Shown here: positions 45,412 through 58,714 of the stretch, piece after piece
Layout of the letters: each line of letters starts with the position of its first letter
Position numbering within the stretch: the first letter of the stretch is position 1
NCBI GenBank assembly: GCA_965207415.1
Contig: CBDBMD010000003.1
Coordinates: 2,086,028-2,150,027 of the forward strand
DNA from: Dehalococcoidia bacterium
GTDB taxonomy: Bacteria > Chloroflexota > Dehalococcoidia > UBA2979
DNA: 64,000 nt
Direction of reading: 5' to 3'
Made by a program: the position numbers and the translations under genes
The notes under the pieces: generated by a model
Told to the model about the DNA's origin: nothing
The model's input: only the letters and a program-made list of their open reading frames with translations
Databases searched by the model: none

Positions 45412-46196
45412 GACTCGACCCCCTGGCGTTCCCTCCGTGTGCGCCAGCGCCCTATCCGCTCCGCGACGATGGCGTAGCCTAGCACCGACATGATCGGAAA
45501 GACACTGGCGAAAGCGATGAGCCCGAAGCCGTCGAGGAGCGGGCTGCGCCCCGGGACGTTGGCGGCGAGGCCCAGCCCCAGCGCCGTCACCACCGGCACC
45601 GTGACGGTCGAGGTAGTGACGCCTCCGCTGTCGTAGGCCAGCGGCACGATGGTGCGCCTGCTCAGGAACGTCTGCACGATGACGACCACGTAGGCCACCA
45701 CGATGTACCACGGCAGCGGCGTGCCCGTCACGATGCGGAAGCACCCCAGCGACACCCCGGCGGCCACACCCACCGCCACGGCGATCCGGAGCCCCCAGGC
45801 GTTCACCGTGCGGCCCGAAACCTCCTCGGCCTTCAGCGCTACCGCGATCAGGGCCGGCTCGGCCACAGTCGTCGCAAAGCCGATCGCCGCCGCGAAGAGA
45901 TAGACGACCCAGTAGTCCTCCCAGCGCACAGCGCTCGCCAGCGACGACGGCCCGGCCGTCTCCGTGAGTTGCCGCGCCATCGTCTCGCCGATGGGGAACA
46001 GCGCCTGCTCCAGCCCGATCAGGAACAGCGCCAGGCCCAGCAGCACCATGACCGACCCGGTGACGATGCCCCGGATGTTGGGCAGGCTGCGGCGCAGCAC
46101 CCCCACCTGGAACACCACCAGGATCACGACGATGGGCGTCACGTCCCTCAGCGTGTACAGCAGGGTGTCGCCGAAGCGCGCCGCAAACTCCAGCAT
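45408..46196 (-). CDS. DUF1538-family membrane protein
   Basis: [10 protein letters not shown]..., the conserved [15 protein letters not shown], multiple TM segments. Confidence 0.7.
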   Translation of the reverse strand: MLEFAARFGDTLLYTLRDVTPIVVILVVFQVGVLRRSLPNIRGIVTGSVMVLLGLALFLIGLEQALFPIGETMARQLTETAGPSSLASAVRWEDYWVVYLFAAAIGFATTVAEPALIAVALKAEEVSGRTVNAWGLRIAVAVGVAAGVSLGCFRIVTGTPLPWYIVVAYVVVIVQTFLSRRTIVPLAYDSGGVTTSTVTVPVVTALGLGLAANVPGRSPLLDGFGLIAFASVFPIMSVLGYAIVAERIGRWRTRRERQGVES

Positions 46197-46936
46197 CACG
46201 CCACCATCCCGTAGCCCAGCACGCAGATCATGGGCGTGAGGCTGGCGAAGGCGATCAGCCCGAAGCCGTCGAGCATCGGGCTGCGCCCCCGGATGGTGGA
46301 GGCGAGGCCCACCCCCAGCGCGGTGATCAGGGGCACCGTGATCGTGCTGGTCGTCACGCCCCCGGAGTCGTACGCCACCCCCACGATCTCCTCGGGCGCG
46401 AACAGGGTCATCACCATGACCAACACGTAGCCGCTGATGATGAAGCGGTGAATGGGCCACCCCTTCAGGATGCGCAGGACCCCCAGCACGATCGCGAGGC
46501 CGACGGCGACGGCCACCACCACGCGCACCTCGAGGGCGTACTGGTCCTGGGCGGCCTGGCTGCCGCCGATGAAGTCCGCATCCGCCGCCACCTCGGCCGC
46601 CTCGGCCGCGACGGCGATCAGCGCCGGCTCCGCCACGGTGGTGCCGAAGCCGAGACAGAACGCCATCGCCAGCAGTGCGGTCGTGCTGCCCTTGCGCGCC
46701 ATCCCCTGCGCGAGCGCCTCGCCGAGCGGAAACAGCCCGCTCTCCAGCCCCTGGATGAACAGCGCCAGCCCCAGGACCACGCACACCAGACCGACAATCA
46801 CGTCGGCGATGTCCGGAAAGGGCTGTTGCAGGACGACAATCTGAAAGAACGCGACAACGGCGAAGATGGGGGCCAGGTCTCGGAGCGCGCCCAGGGTCTG
46901 CTTCCCCACGGCCAACGCGAAACGCCGCAAGACCAT
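46196..46936 (-). CDS. DUF1538-family membrane protein (paralogue, TGATG-coupled to the next)
   Basis: [12 protein letters not shown]..., [15 protein letters not shown]. Confidence 0.7.
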   Translation of the reverse strand: MVLRRFALAVGKQTLGALRDLAPIFAVVAFFQIVVLQQPFPDIADVIVGLVCVVLGLALFIQGLESGLFPLGEALAQGMARKGSTTALLAMAFCLGFGTTVAEPALIAVAAEAAEVAADADFIGGSQAAQDQYALEVRVVVAVAVGLAIVLGVLRILKGWPIHRFIISGYVLVMVMTLFAPEEIVGVAYDSGGVTTSTITVPLITALGVGLASTIRGRSPMLDGFGLIAFASLTPMICVLGYGMVA

Positions 46937-47142
46937 GCTCCTCGCGCGCGTGCTGCAGGGGGTTCAAAGGCCAGCGCGGGGCGGCTACACCGTACGGAGC
47001 GGGGCGGTGCCGGTCAATGACAGTCCGGCGGCTCTGCGCTGACCGGGCACACATCCGCAGACGCCGCGGACGTGCCTCTGTCACGCCGAGCTATGGGTCC
47101 GGCACCGGCGCGTGGACCACGCAGCGGTCGAACCGCACGAGG

Positions 47143-48567
47143 TCAGAGCGGCGGCTGGCGGAGGTGCCAGTCGGTGGACTGCTGGTAGGCGTGGGCGACG
47201 CGGTAGAGCAGCCCCTCCTCCAGCGAGCGGCCGTGCAGCATCAGCCCCACCGGCCAGCGGTCGTCGTTGCCGAAGCCGCACGGCACCGAGATCGCGGGGT
47301 GCCCGGAGACGCTGGCCGCGCCGTTGCGGTAGACCCCGCGCGATCGGGCCTGCACCTCGCGGCCGCGGATCACGACCGTCTCAGCGTCCCAGGCGTCGCC
47401 GTAGGTGCTGCCCGTCGGCAGCGCGATCACGTCCACCTCGCGCAGCACGGCGTTCGCCTCCTGCGTGATCCGCGCGCGGAACTGCTGCGTGTGCAGGTAC
47501 TGCTCGAAGCTCTGCGCCTCGCCAGCCTCGATCTGCGGGTGGATCTCCGTCCACGCCTCGATCTCTTCCTCGCTGAAGTGATCGCGGATGAAGACCGGAC
47601 GCTCCGAGGCCAGCGAGAGGCCCAGCGCGCGGTTGCGCGCGTGCTCCGCGAGCGGCAGCCGCACCTCCGAGAGCGCGGCGCCCAGCTCGCCGAGCCGTTC
47701 GATCGCCGCGCGCGCGATCTCCTCTTCCTCCTCGCTCAGCCAGTCGCGCCAGATCCAGTCGTCGACCGGCACGCCGATCCGCACCCCGGCGATGCCGTCG
47801 CCGAGGCCGGCGCGGTAGTCCGAGGGCGGTTCGTTGATGCTGAGCGGGTCGAGCGGGTCGTAGGCGCCGATCGCCTCGAGGGCGGTGGCGTTGTCCTCAA
47901 CGGTCTTGGTCAGCGGTCCGGCGGTGTCGTCACTCCACGAGGCGGCCCAGATGCCGTGGCGGGAGATGCGCCCGAACGTCGGCTTCATCGCCACGAGGTT
48001 GCTGTTGCTGCCAGGGTGGCGGACGGAGCCGCCCGTGTCCGTGCCGATCGAGAGCAGCCCCAGCGAGGCGGCAGTGGCGGAGCCGGAGCCGCTGCTCGAG
48101 GTGCCGGGGCTGCGCGAGGGGTCCCAGGCGTTGCGGCAGCCGACCGGCCCGCGCGTGTCGCGGCCGATCTCGGAGACCACCTTGCCGACGAGGATCGCGC
48201 CCGCCTCCTCCAGCAGCCGGTGCAGCGTCGCCTGCTCCGGCAGGCGGTAGTCCACGCCTCGAGGGTTGCCGAAGGTGGTGCGCACCCCGCGCGTGGCGAT
48301 CACGTCCTTCAGCGTGTAGGGGATGCCGTGCAGCGGTCCGCGATAGCGGTTCGCCGCGATCTCGCGCTCCGCCTGGCGCGCGCGTTCCAGCGCGTAGTCG
48401 CCGCAGTGCGTGACGAACGAGTGCAGCACGGGCTGCAGCTGCTCGATGCGCTCGTTCGTCGCCTCGATCACGTCGACGGGCGACAGCTCGCGGCGCCGGA
48501 TACGCTCGCCGAGGCCGGTGATCGTCGCCGCGCCGAGGTCGAGGTCCGGGGCCACGCCTAGATCCAC
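47143..48567 (-). CDS. Amidase (amidase-signature family)
   Basis: GGSSSGSGSATAA...GTDTGGSVR signature. Confidence 0.85.
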   Translation of the reverse strand: MDLGVAPDLDLGAATITGLGERIRRRELSPVDVIEATNERIEQLQPVLHSFVTHCGDYALERARQAEREIAANRYRGPLHGIPYTLKDVIATRGVRTTFGNPRGVDYRLPEQATLHRLLEEAGAILVGKVVSEIGRDTRGPVGCRNAWDPSRSPGTSSSGSGSATAASLGLLSIGTDTGGSVRHPGSNSNLVAMKPTFGRISRHGIWAASWSDDTAGPLTKTVEDNATALEAIGAYDPLDPLSINEPPSDYRAGLGDGIAGVRIGVPVDDWIWRDWLSEEEEEIARAAIERLGELGAALSEVRLPLAEHARNRALGLSLASERPVFIRDHFSEEEIEAWTEIHPQIEAGEAQSFEQYLHTQQFRARITQEANAVLREVDVIALPTGSTYGDAWDAETVVIRGREVQARSRGVYRNGAASVSGHPAISVPCGFGNDDRWPVGLMLHGRSLEEGLLYRVAHAYQQSTDWHLRQPPL

Positions 48568-49454
48568 ACGCCCGGGTGCTCTTCCCAGAAGAGCTGCACC
48601 AGCATGCCGCCGGCCTGGCGGGGATGGAGGAAGGTCTCGGCCCAGCCCCAGCCGTCCCTGACGCCCTCCGAGCCGCCGAAGGTGGTCACGTCGTAGGCCT
48701 CGCAGGCCGCGATCGCGCGCTCCCAGTCACCGACCTGGAAGGTGACGTGGTGGATGCCGGGGCCGCGGCGCTCGATGAAGCGCTGGATGAACGAGCGCTC
48801 GCCGACGGGCTGGATCACCTCCCAGTGCATCTGCCCGGTCGGAATGTCGAGCACCGTCGTCGCGAACGGCCGCTCGTCCTCCTGTCCGCGCCGCTGCAGC
48901 CGCATCCCGAAGACCCGCTCGTACCAGCCCGCGAGGACGTCGCGCTCGCCGTGGGCGTGCGAGAGATGGTCCAGCGCGACAATGCCAAGCGCGCCCTCGT
49001 GGTCCTCGGGCGGCGGCGGCCGCTCGCCCCCGGCCTCGAGGCCGCGCAGGCGGAAGAGGAATCCCTGCCCGCCGCGCGAGGGGTGGATGTAGACCTCCTT
49101 GCCCGGCTCGCTGCCGTCGCCGGGGTCGCCACGCCACGGCTCGATCTCGTGGCTTCGCAGCTCCTCGACGGCGGCGTCGAGGTCGGGCACCCGCAGCACG
49201 AGGTTGTGGATGCCCGGCCCGAGTGGGCTGTCGATGAACGCCTGCAACGGCGAGGACTTGAGCGTGGGTGCGGCCACCTCCCAGTCGACGTCGGAGCCGC
49301 CCGGCATCGAGAGCCGGACGCGGACCGCGCTGCCGTCGGCGTCGATGGTCGGTTGGCCGGCGCGGAAGCCGAACAGCTCCTCGAACAGCGCGACCTGCGG
49401 CGGCAACGCCGGCACGACGACGCCGACGCGGTCGATGCGGGTGATGTCGAGCAT
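48558..49454 (-). CDS. VOC-family (glyoxalase/dioxygenase fold) protein, two-domain
   Basis: Two repeats of the IDRVGVVV/LDHLSHA-type motif. Confidence 0.7.
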   Translation of the reverse strand: MLDITRIDRVGVVVPALPPQVALFEELFGFRAGQPTIDADGSAVRVRLSMPGGSDVDWEVAAPTLKSSPLQAFIDSPLGPGIHNLVLRVPDLDAAVEELRSHEIEPWRGDPGDGSEPGKEVYIHPSRGGQGFLFRLRGLEAGGERPPPPEDHEGALGIVALDHLSHAHGERDVLAGWYERVFGMRLQRRGQEDERPFATTVLDIPTGQMHWEVIQPVGERSFIQRFIERRGPGIHHVTFQVGDWERAIAACEAYDVTTFGGSEGVRDGWGWAETFLHPRQAGGMLVQLFWEEHPGVWI

Positions 49455-49558
49455 GCGCCCTCCGTCCGTCGGCCATCATACGAAACCGCTGCCCTGCGAC
49501 GAACGGGCGCGCCGCAGCGGCGACCCGGCGCGGCGAGGCGTCCTGCTAGCATCGAGGG

Positions 49559-50539
49559 GTGCTACCCGGCAGCTTGCTGATCGTCCGCAACCCGCGCGCC
49601 CGCCGCGCGCCCTCGGAGGCCGCGCTGCGCGAGGCTGTCGAGCCGTTGCGCGCACAAGGCGTGGCGATCGAGCTGCGCAGCACCTCGGCGCCCGGCCACG
49701 CACGCGAACTCGCCGCCGACGCCGCGCGCGAGCGCGTCGAGCTGCTCGTCGCGGCAGGCGGCGACGGGACCATCCACGAGGCGATGAACGGCCTCGCGGG
49801 CAGCGAGACCGCGCTCACCGCCATCCCGGCGGGCACCGGCAACGTCTGGGCGCGCGAGGCAGGCATCCCGCGCAGTGCCGGTCGCGCGCTTGCCTGGATC
49901 GAGGGCGCGCGCCGCGTCCGCATCGACCTCGGCCGCGCGGAGTTCGCGGATCCCGACGGCGTACGCTCGGAGCGCCTCTTCCTGCTGATGTGCAGCACCG
50001 GGCTGGACGCCGAGGTCGTGCGTCGCATCGGCGGGGGAGGACGGGCGAAGCGCTGGCTCGGCCCCGTCCCGTACGCCCTCCACGGTACGGAGCGCCTGCT
50101 GCGCGCGCCGGCGGCGCACACGCGCATCGCGATCGAGGGTTCCGAGGGGGCGGCGATCGAGCGCTCGCTGCTCTTCGCCATCGCCGGCAACACGCGGCTC
50201 TACGGCCTCGTCTCGCGGCTCACCGGCGACGCCCGCGCCGACGACGGCTTGCTCGACCTCGTGGCGTTCTGCGGCGGCAGTCTCGCCTCGCGCCTCTCGC
50301 TCGGTGCGCGGACCGTCCCGCGCGCCCTCGGCCGGGGCATCCGAGGCCCCCTCGCGCCGCTGCTCGGCGGCTCCGCCGACTACCTCCGAGGCTCCGCGAT
50401 CCGCGTCGAGCCGGAGCTGCCGCTGGCGGTGCAGGCGGACGGTGAGTACCTCGGCAAAACGCCGCTCACGCTGACGGTCGAGCCGAGGGCGCTCGACGTG
50501 CTGGTCGCGCCGCGGCCCCACGGGTTCCTCGGCGAGTAG
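49559..50539 (+). CDS. Diacylglycerol-kinase catalytic-domain lipid kinase (DagK/YegS-like)
   Basis: LLIVRNPRA...AAGGDGTIHEA...AIPAGTGNVWA. Confidence 0.8.
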   Translation: MLPGSLLIVRNPRARRAPSEAALREAVEPLRAQGVAIELRSTSAPGHARELAADAARERVELLVAAGGDGTIHEAMNGLAGSETALTAIPAGTGNVWAREAGIPRSAGRALAWIEGARRVRIDLGRAEFADPDGVRSERLFLLMCSTGLDAEVVRRIGGGGRAKRWLGPVPYALHGTERLLRAPAAHTRIAIEGSEGAAIERSLLFAIAGNTRLYGLVSRLTGDARADDGLLDLVAFCGGSLASRLSLGARTVPRALGRGIRGPLAPLLGGSADYLRGSAIRVEPELPLAVQADGEYLGKTPLTLTVEPRALDVLVAPRPHGFLGE

Positions 50540-50565
50540 TCAGGACGCCCCTCGAAACCTCGCGC

Positions 50566-51771
50566 TCAGTCGCCCGCTTGCAGCTCGCCGTCCTCGATGC
50601 GGTAGCGGCGCGCGTCGGGCAGCTCGTCGGCGCCGGGGCGGTCCGGGTCGGGCGTGGTGATAACGACCTGGTCGACGCCGTAGGCGGCGGCCAGCACGCG
50701 CTCGCGGCGCGCCGCGTCCAGCTCCGAGAGGATGTCGTCGAGCAGCAGCAGCGGTGGGTCGCCCGTGCGTTCGTGCGAGAGCGCGACCTCGGCCAGCCGC
50801 AGCGCGAGGGCGAGCGTGCGCTGCTCGCCGCGCGAGGCGAAGGCGCCCGCCTCGCCCTCGCCGATCGCGAAGTGCACATCGTCGCGGTGCGGCCCGCTGC
50901 GCGTCATGCCCGCGGCGATGTCGTCGCCACGGCGCGCCAGCAGCGTCTCGAGCAGCGCGGCCTGCGCGGCCCCCGTGGCGTCCTCCGGGCCGCCGGGCCC
51001 GGCGGCCGAGAGCGCCGCGGCCTGGTCCGGCGGCAGCCGTGGCTGGTAGCGCACCTCGAGCGGCGGCGAGAAGGGCGCGAGCTGCTCCCAGCGCTCGGCA
51101 GCGCCCGCGGCGAGCGCGGCCAGCGCCGAGGCGCGGCCGGCGAGGATCACGCCGCCCGCCATCGCCAGTTCGCCGTCCCAGAACTCGAGCTCGTCGGCGC
51201 CCCGGCCGCGCCGCTCCTGTAGCCGCCGCAACAGCCCGTTGCGCTGCGTCAGCACGCGCTGGTAGCGCTGCAGCGCGCGCACGTAGCGCACGTCCAGCTG
51301 CGAGATCGTGATGTCCAGGTAGCGGCGGCGCTGACCCGGCGACCCAGCGATGATCTGCAGGTCGTCGGCGGAGAAGGGCACGACGCGCAGCTGGCCGATC
51401 AGGTCCGAGGCGCGCCTCGCGACCCCGTTGACGCGGAAGCGCCGTCCCGTCGCCGCCGGGCGTCCCTCCGCCGTCGATCCTTCGCGCACCGTCACCGCAA
51501 GCTCGACGGCGACCGAACCTCTCGCCGTCGAAACCTCGGCGACCAGGCGTGCGGCGGGCAGCGGGTCGTCGCGCAACGACTCCCGCGAGATCAGCTCGAT
51601 GTCGGCGCGCGCCCGCGCGCTGCGCGCGGTCGCCAGCAGCGTGATCGCCTCCAGCAGGTTGCTCTTGCCGCTCGCATTCGGCCCGCTAACGACGTAGGCG
51701 CCGGGCTCCAGCGCCAGATCGAGGTCGCGGAAGGTGCGGACGTTGGCGAGCGTGAGGCGTTCGAGGTGCAT
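50566..51771 (-). CDS. recF: DNA replication/repair protein RecF
   Basis: MHLERLTLANVRTF..., Walker A GPNASGKSNLLEA, and an SMC-like signature and D-loop in the C-terminus. Confidence 0.9.
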   Translation of the reverse strand: MHLERLTLANVRTFRDLDLALEPGAYVVSGPNASGKSNLLEAITLLATARSARARADIELISRESLRDDPLPAARLVAEVSTARGSVAVELAVTVREGSTAEGRPAATGRRFRVNGVARRASDLIGQLRVVPFSADDLQIIAGSPGQRRRYLDITISQLDVRYVRALQRYQRVLTQRNGLLRRLQERRGRGADELEFWDGELAMAGGVILAGRASALAALAAGAAERWEQLAPFSPPLEVRYQPRLPPDQAAALSAAGPGGPEDATGAAQAALLETLLARRGDDIAAGMTRSGPHRDDVHFAIGEGEAGAFASRGEQRTLALALRLAEVALSHERTGDPPLLLLDDILSELDAARRERVLAAAYGVDQVVITTPDPDRPGADELPDARRYRIEDGELQAGD

Positions 51772-51790
51772 CGGGCGCCCTGCGGGCGGG

Positions 51791-52618
51791 CTACCGCAGT
51801 TCGAAGCGCAGGCTGCGCTCGGCCTCGGAGACGTCCGCCGCCTCCACGCGCACGCCGAGCCGTTCGCCGAGGGCCGCCCCGAGCGCCTCGGCGCCGACCG
51901 CTGCGTCGAACGTGAGCCGCAGCTGCGCCTCGCCCTCCGCGTAGCCCTCGACGAAGGCCTGGCGAACCTCGGCGAGCTGCGCGAGCGCCCCCTGCACGCG
52001 CAGCAGGCCCTGGAACCCCTCGACCGGCGTCACGCGCAGCAGCACCGAGCCGCCCTCCGGCTGGAACACGCCGCCCGCCTCGGCCCCGTCCTCGCTCCAC
52101 GCCACGGCCTCGACGCGCTCCGCGCCGGCATCCTCCACGGTCGCGGCTGGCGCCTCCGGCTCCTGCGAGGCGGCCGGCGGTACGTCCATCGCCGCCTCGG
52201 GTTCCGGCGCTTCGGGCTCGGGCGGGGCAGGCTCCTCGGACTGGGCCTGTTGCAGTGCGTCGATGTCGCCGAGCAGCTCCTGCAGGGAGCGGAGCTTCTC
52301 GCCCAGCGCTCCGGCCGGCTCCTCGGAGGGCGGCGGCTCCCCGGGCGTGGCGCCCGCAGCCGCGAGGGCCTCGATCTGCTCCCGCGCTTCGGCGAACGAC
52401 TCGTCGATCAGCTGCTGCGCGCGGGCGCGGGCGTCGGCGAGGATCTGCTCGATCTCCTCCAGCGGGGGCGCCGTCCGCGCCGGTGGCTCCGCCGGCGCGG
52501 CGGGCTGCGCGGCCGGGGCGGCCTCGTCGCCGGAGATGGCGACCAGCAACTGACCGACGGCGCGAAGCAGCGCCGTGACCTCGGCCTGGGGCTGCTCGCC
52601 GCCGTGTTGCAGCGTCAT
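51791..52618 (-). CDS. Hypothetical acidic Ala/Pro/Glu-rich protein upstream of recF
   Basis: Start set at the internal ATG (MTLQHGGEQPQ...). The C-terminal 100 aa are non-repetitive. There is no dnaN here. Confidence 0.45.
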   Translation of the reverse strand: MTLQHGGEQPQAEVTALLRAVGQLLVAISGDEAAPAAQPAAPAEPPARTAPPLEEIEQILADARARAQQLIDESFAEAREQIEALAAAGATPGEPPPSEEPAGALGEKLRSLQELLGDIDALQQAQSEEPAPPEPEAPEPEAAMDVPPAASQEPEAPAATVEDAGAERVEAVAWSEDGAEAGGVFQPEGGSVLLRVTPVEGFQGLLRVQGALAQLAEVRQAFVEGYAEGEAQLRLTFDAAVGAEALGAALGERLGVRVEAADVSEAERSLRFELR

Positions 52619-52743
52619 GCCGGGCTCCACCCTCGATGGCGAGCGGCGTGCTGCGTCTGGCGCGCTGCCGCTCGCACGCAGAGGATACGCTGGCCGCCGC
52701 CGCCCTGCCGCACGCAAGCGGGCGGTGGCCCGAGGAGGCGAGC

Positions 52744-53802
52744 ATGGCAACTGACACCGACCGCGAGACACTGCGCATCGGCTTCATCGGCGCGGGCGCG
52801 AACACCCGCTCCCGCCACATCCCCGGCTTCCAGGCGATCGCGGGCGTCGAGCTTGCGGCAGTCTGCAACCGCTCGCGCGAGAGCGGGCAGCGCGTCGCCG
52901 ACGAGTTCGGCATCGCCCGCGTGGACGAGGAGCCGGCGGCAATCTTCGACGACCCGGAGATCGACGCGATCTGCATCGGCACCTGGCCGTACCGCCACCG
53001 CGAGTACAGCGTGCGCGCGCTGGAGGCCGGCAAGCACGTGCTCTGCGAGGCGCGCATGGCGATGGACGCCGCCGAGGCGCGCGAGATGCTTGCCGCCGCC
53101 CGGGCGCGTCCAGACCGCGTCGCCCAGATCGTGCCCGCGCCGTTTGACCTCGCGAGCTGGCGCACGATCCGCCGCCTGCTCGCGGAGGGGGCGCTCGGCG
53201 CGCTGCGCGAGGCGCACGTCACGGTCCTCGGCGGCGGCGCGCTCGACCCCGCCACGCCGCTGCACTGGCGTGAGCGCAGCGAGTACTCCGGCCGCAACAC
53301 GATGATGCTCGGCATCTTCGCCGAGACCGTGCAACGCTGGCTCGGCCCCACCGAGCGCGTCGTCGCCGACGCCGCCACCTTCGTCACCTCGCGGCGCGAC
53401 CCCGAGAGCGGCGAGGACTACGCGATCGGGATTCCCGACAGCCTCGGCATCTTCGCGCGCATGGCCAATGGCGCGCGCGTCAGCTACCAGCTGAGCGCGC
53501 ACACGCACGCCCCCGCCGCCACCAACGGCATCTCGCTCTACGGCAGCGCCGCCACCCTGCACTGGACGCAGGCCGGCGACCACATGACGCTCGCCTCGCT
53601 CGGCGAGGAGCCGCAACCCCTCGATCCGGACCCCGGCACGGCAGGCGCCTGGAACGTCGAGGCCGACTTCGTCGCCTCGATCCGCGAGGGCGCGCCCGTC
53701 GAGCTGACCAGCTTCGAGGACGGCGTCCGCTACATGCAGTTCACCGAAGCCGTCTGGCGCAGCTGGTCCGAGGGCCGCGCGGTCGCCCTCGCCGAGCTGT
53801 AG
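52744..53802 (+). CDS. Gfo/Idh/MocA-family NAD(P)-dependent oxidoreductase
   Basis: LRIGFIGAGANTRSRHIPGF with a GAGGAGG RBS. Confidence 0.85.
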   Translation: MATDTDRETLRIGFIGAGANTRSRHIPGFQAIAGVELAAVCNRSRESGQRVADEFGIARVDEEPAAIFDDPEIDAICIGTWPYRHREYSVRALEAGKHVLCEARMAMDAAEAREMLAAARARPDRVAQIVPAPFDLASWRTIRRLLAEGALGALREAHVTVLGGGALDPATPLHWRERSEYSGRNTMMLGIFAETVQRWLGPTERVVADAATFVTSRRDPESGEDYAIGIPDSLGIFARMANGARVSYQLSAHTHAPAATNGISLYGSAATLHWTQAGDHMTLASLGEEPQPLDPDPGTAGAWNVEADFVASIREGAPVELTSFEDGVRYMQFTEAVWRSWSEGRAVALAEL

Positions 53803-53872
53803 CCGCAGGGCCGGGTGGGGCGTAGCGTGACCGCCTGATGGCAGCCCAACGCAACCGCGCCGCCCCGCGCCG

Positions 53873-55210
53873 ATGAGCGCGCAGCCTTCGGACGCCCAAT
53901 CCGGGAGCAGGTGGAGTCGCGGCGCCCTCTCGCCGCTCGCGAGCGGCGCCTACCGGCAGCTCTGGACGGCGACGCTGATCCAGTTCCTCGGGATGATGAC
54001 GGCGGGTGTCGTGCGCGCCTTCCTCGCCTTCGACCTCACCGGATCCAACACCGCCGTCGCCGCCCAGCTCTTCGCCTTCGGGCTCGCGTTGTTCCCCACG
54101 ATGATCGGGGCGGGCGTGATCACGGACCGCCTCTCGCGCAAGTCGGTGCTCTCGGCCGCCCAGGTGCTGCTGATGACGCAGGCGCTGCTGCTCGGGGTGA
54201 TCACGCTGAGCGGGCTGCTGGAGTACTGGATGCTCTTCTCCCAATCCCTGATCGAGGGCTTCTCCGTCGCCTTCCTCGTGCCCTCGCGGCAGGCGATGAC
54301 CGGGCAGTTGCTCGGCGCGCAGGGCGCGGGCCGCGGTGTGGTGCTGCAGCAGGGCGCGATGGGCGTGGGACGCATCCTCGGGCCGATCGGCGGCGGCTGG
54401 CTGGTCGGCACCCTGTTCGGCGCCGGCGGGGTCTTCCTGCTCGTCGCCCTCTGCTACGGCGTCGCCGCCTGGCTGACCTTCCGCGTGCCCGGCGAGTTCC
54501 GCAGCGAGGAGCAGTCGCGCGACTCCTTCTTCGGCACCCTCGCCGCGGGCCTGCGCTACGTGCGAGGGCGGCCCGCGCTGCTCGTCACCGTGATCACGGC
54601 GTACTGCGTGGCCCTGACCTCGATTCCCTACTTCGTCCTGCTGCCGGGGATGGTGATCGATGTCTTCGGGCGCGACGCCTTCGAACTGGGCGCCATCACC
54701 TCCGCCTCCTCCGTCGGTGCGATCGTCGTCACGGTCTGGGCGGCGTCGGTCGTGCATCGTCCCGTGGCCTGGCAACTCTTCCTCGGGATCTCGTTCCTGT
54801 TCGGGCTGGTCGTCATCGCTTTCGGCCTCGCTCCGAACTTCCCGATCGCGCTGGTGATCATCGTGCTGTTGGGCGCCGTCGAGATGGGCTATATCTCCTT
54901 CGTGCTGGGGCTCGGCATGGCCTACTCGCACCGCCGTTACGATGGGCGCGTGCAGGCGCTGATCGTCTCCAGCTTCAGCTTCCTCGGCTTCGTCTCGCTC
55001 CCCATCGGCGCGCTCGCCGACGCGATCGGCGTGCGCGGCGCGCTGATCGCCGAGGGCGCCGCGGAAGCCGTCCTGATCGCCATCGTCGTGCTCTACTCGC
55101 GCCGCATCGGGGCCGCCGAGGACGCGCGCGTCCCCGCCGACGAGGAGCGCATCCAGGCGCTGGCGACGGACCCCGGCACCGCCGACGAAGCGTGGAGGCA
55201 GACTCCGTGA
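53873..55210 (+). CDS. MFS transporter
   Basis: 12 TM segments with MFS motifs. Confidence 0.8.
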   Translation: MSAQPSDAQSGSRWSRGALSPLASGAYRQLWTATLIQFLGMMTAGVVRAFLAFDLTGSNTAVAAQLFAFGLALFPTMIGAGVITDRLSRKSVLSAAQVLLMTQALLLGVITLSGLLEYWMLFSQSLIEGFSVAFLVPSRQAMTGQLLGAQGAGRGVVLQQGAMGVGRILGPIGGGWLVGTLFGAGGVFLLVALCYGVAAWLTFRVPGEFRSEEQSRDSFFGTLAAGLRYVRGRPALLVTVITAYCVALTSIPYFVLLPGMVIDVFGRDAFELGAITSASSVGAIVVTVWAASVVHRPVAWQLFLGISFLFGLVVIAFGLAPNFPIALVIIVLLGAVEMGYISFVLGLGMAYSHRRYDGRVQALIVSSFSFLGFVSLPIGALADAIGVRGALIAEGAAEAVLIAIVVLYSRRIGAAEDARVPADEERIQALATDPGTADEAWRQTP

Positions 55211-55220
55211 GCCGAGCCAG

Positions 55221-55648
55221 ATGAGACGGGACATCCGCGTCAGGGTCTTCGACTTCGGCGACTCGGTGCCGAAGTCGCCGCGCGAGATCCTCGTGCGCTT
55301 CGTCGTGCACGCGGCGGGCCTCTGGCTCGCCGCCGGGCTCGTGCCCGGCATCCAGGTTGACGACGTGCCCTCGCTGGCAGCGGCGACGGCGATCTTCGGG
55401 CTGCTCAACGCCTTCGTCCGGCCGCTCGCCTACCTCGCCTCGGCCTGCCTGATCGTGCTGACGCTCGGGCTCTTCATCTTCGTGATCCACGCGGGCCTGC
55501 TGGCGGCCACGGCCTGGATCTGCGGGCAACTCGGCCTGGCCTTCAGCATCGAGGGCTTCTGGTCGGCGCTCTTCGGCTCGCTAATCGTCTCGCTCGTCTC
55601 GCTGCTCGCCCACGTCCTGCAGCGCGGCCGCCGCGGGAGCAGCGCCGC

Positions 55649-55652
<4 letters not shown>
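55221..55652 (+). CDS. DUF360 / phage-holin-4_2-family membrane protein
   Basis: 143 aa with 3-4 TM segments (VHAAGLWLAAGLVPGIQVDD...). Its 3-prime end overlaps the sbcC stop by 4 nt (convergent). Confidence 0.55.
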
Positions 55653-58710
<3,058 letters not shown>

Positions 58711-58714
<4 letters not shown>

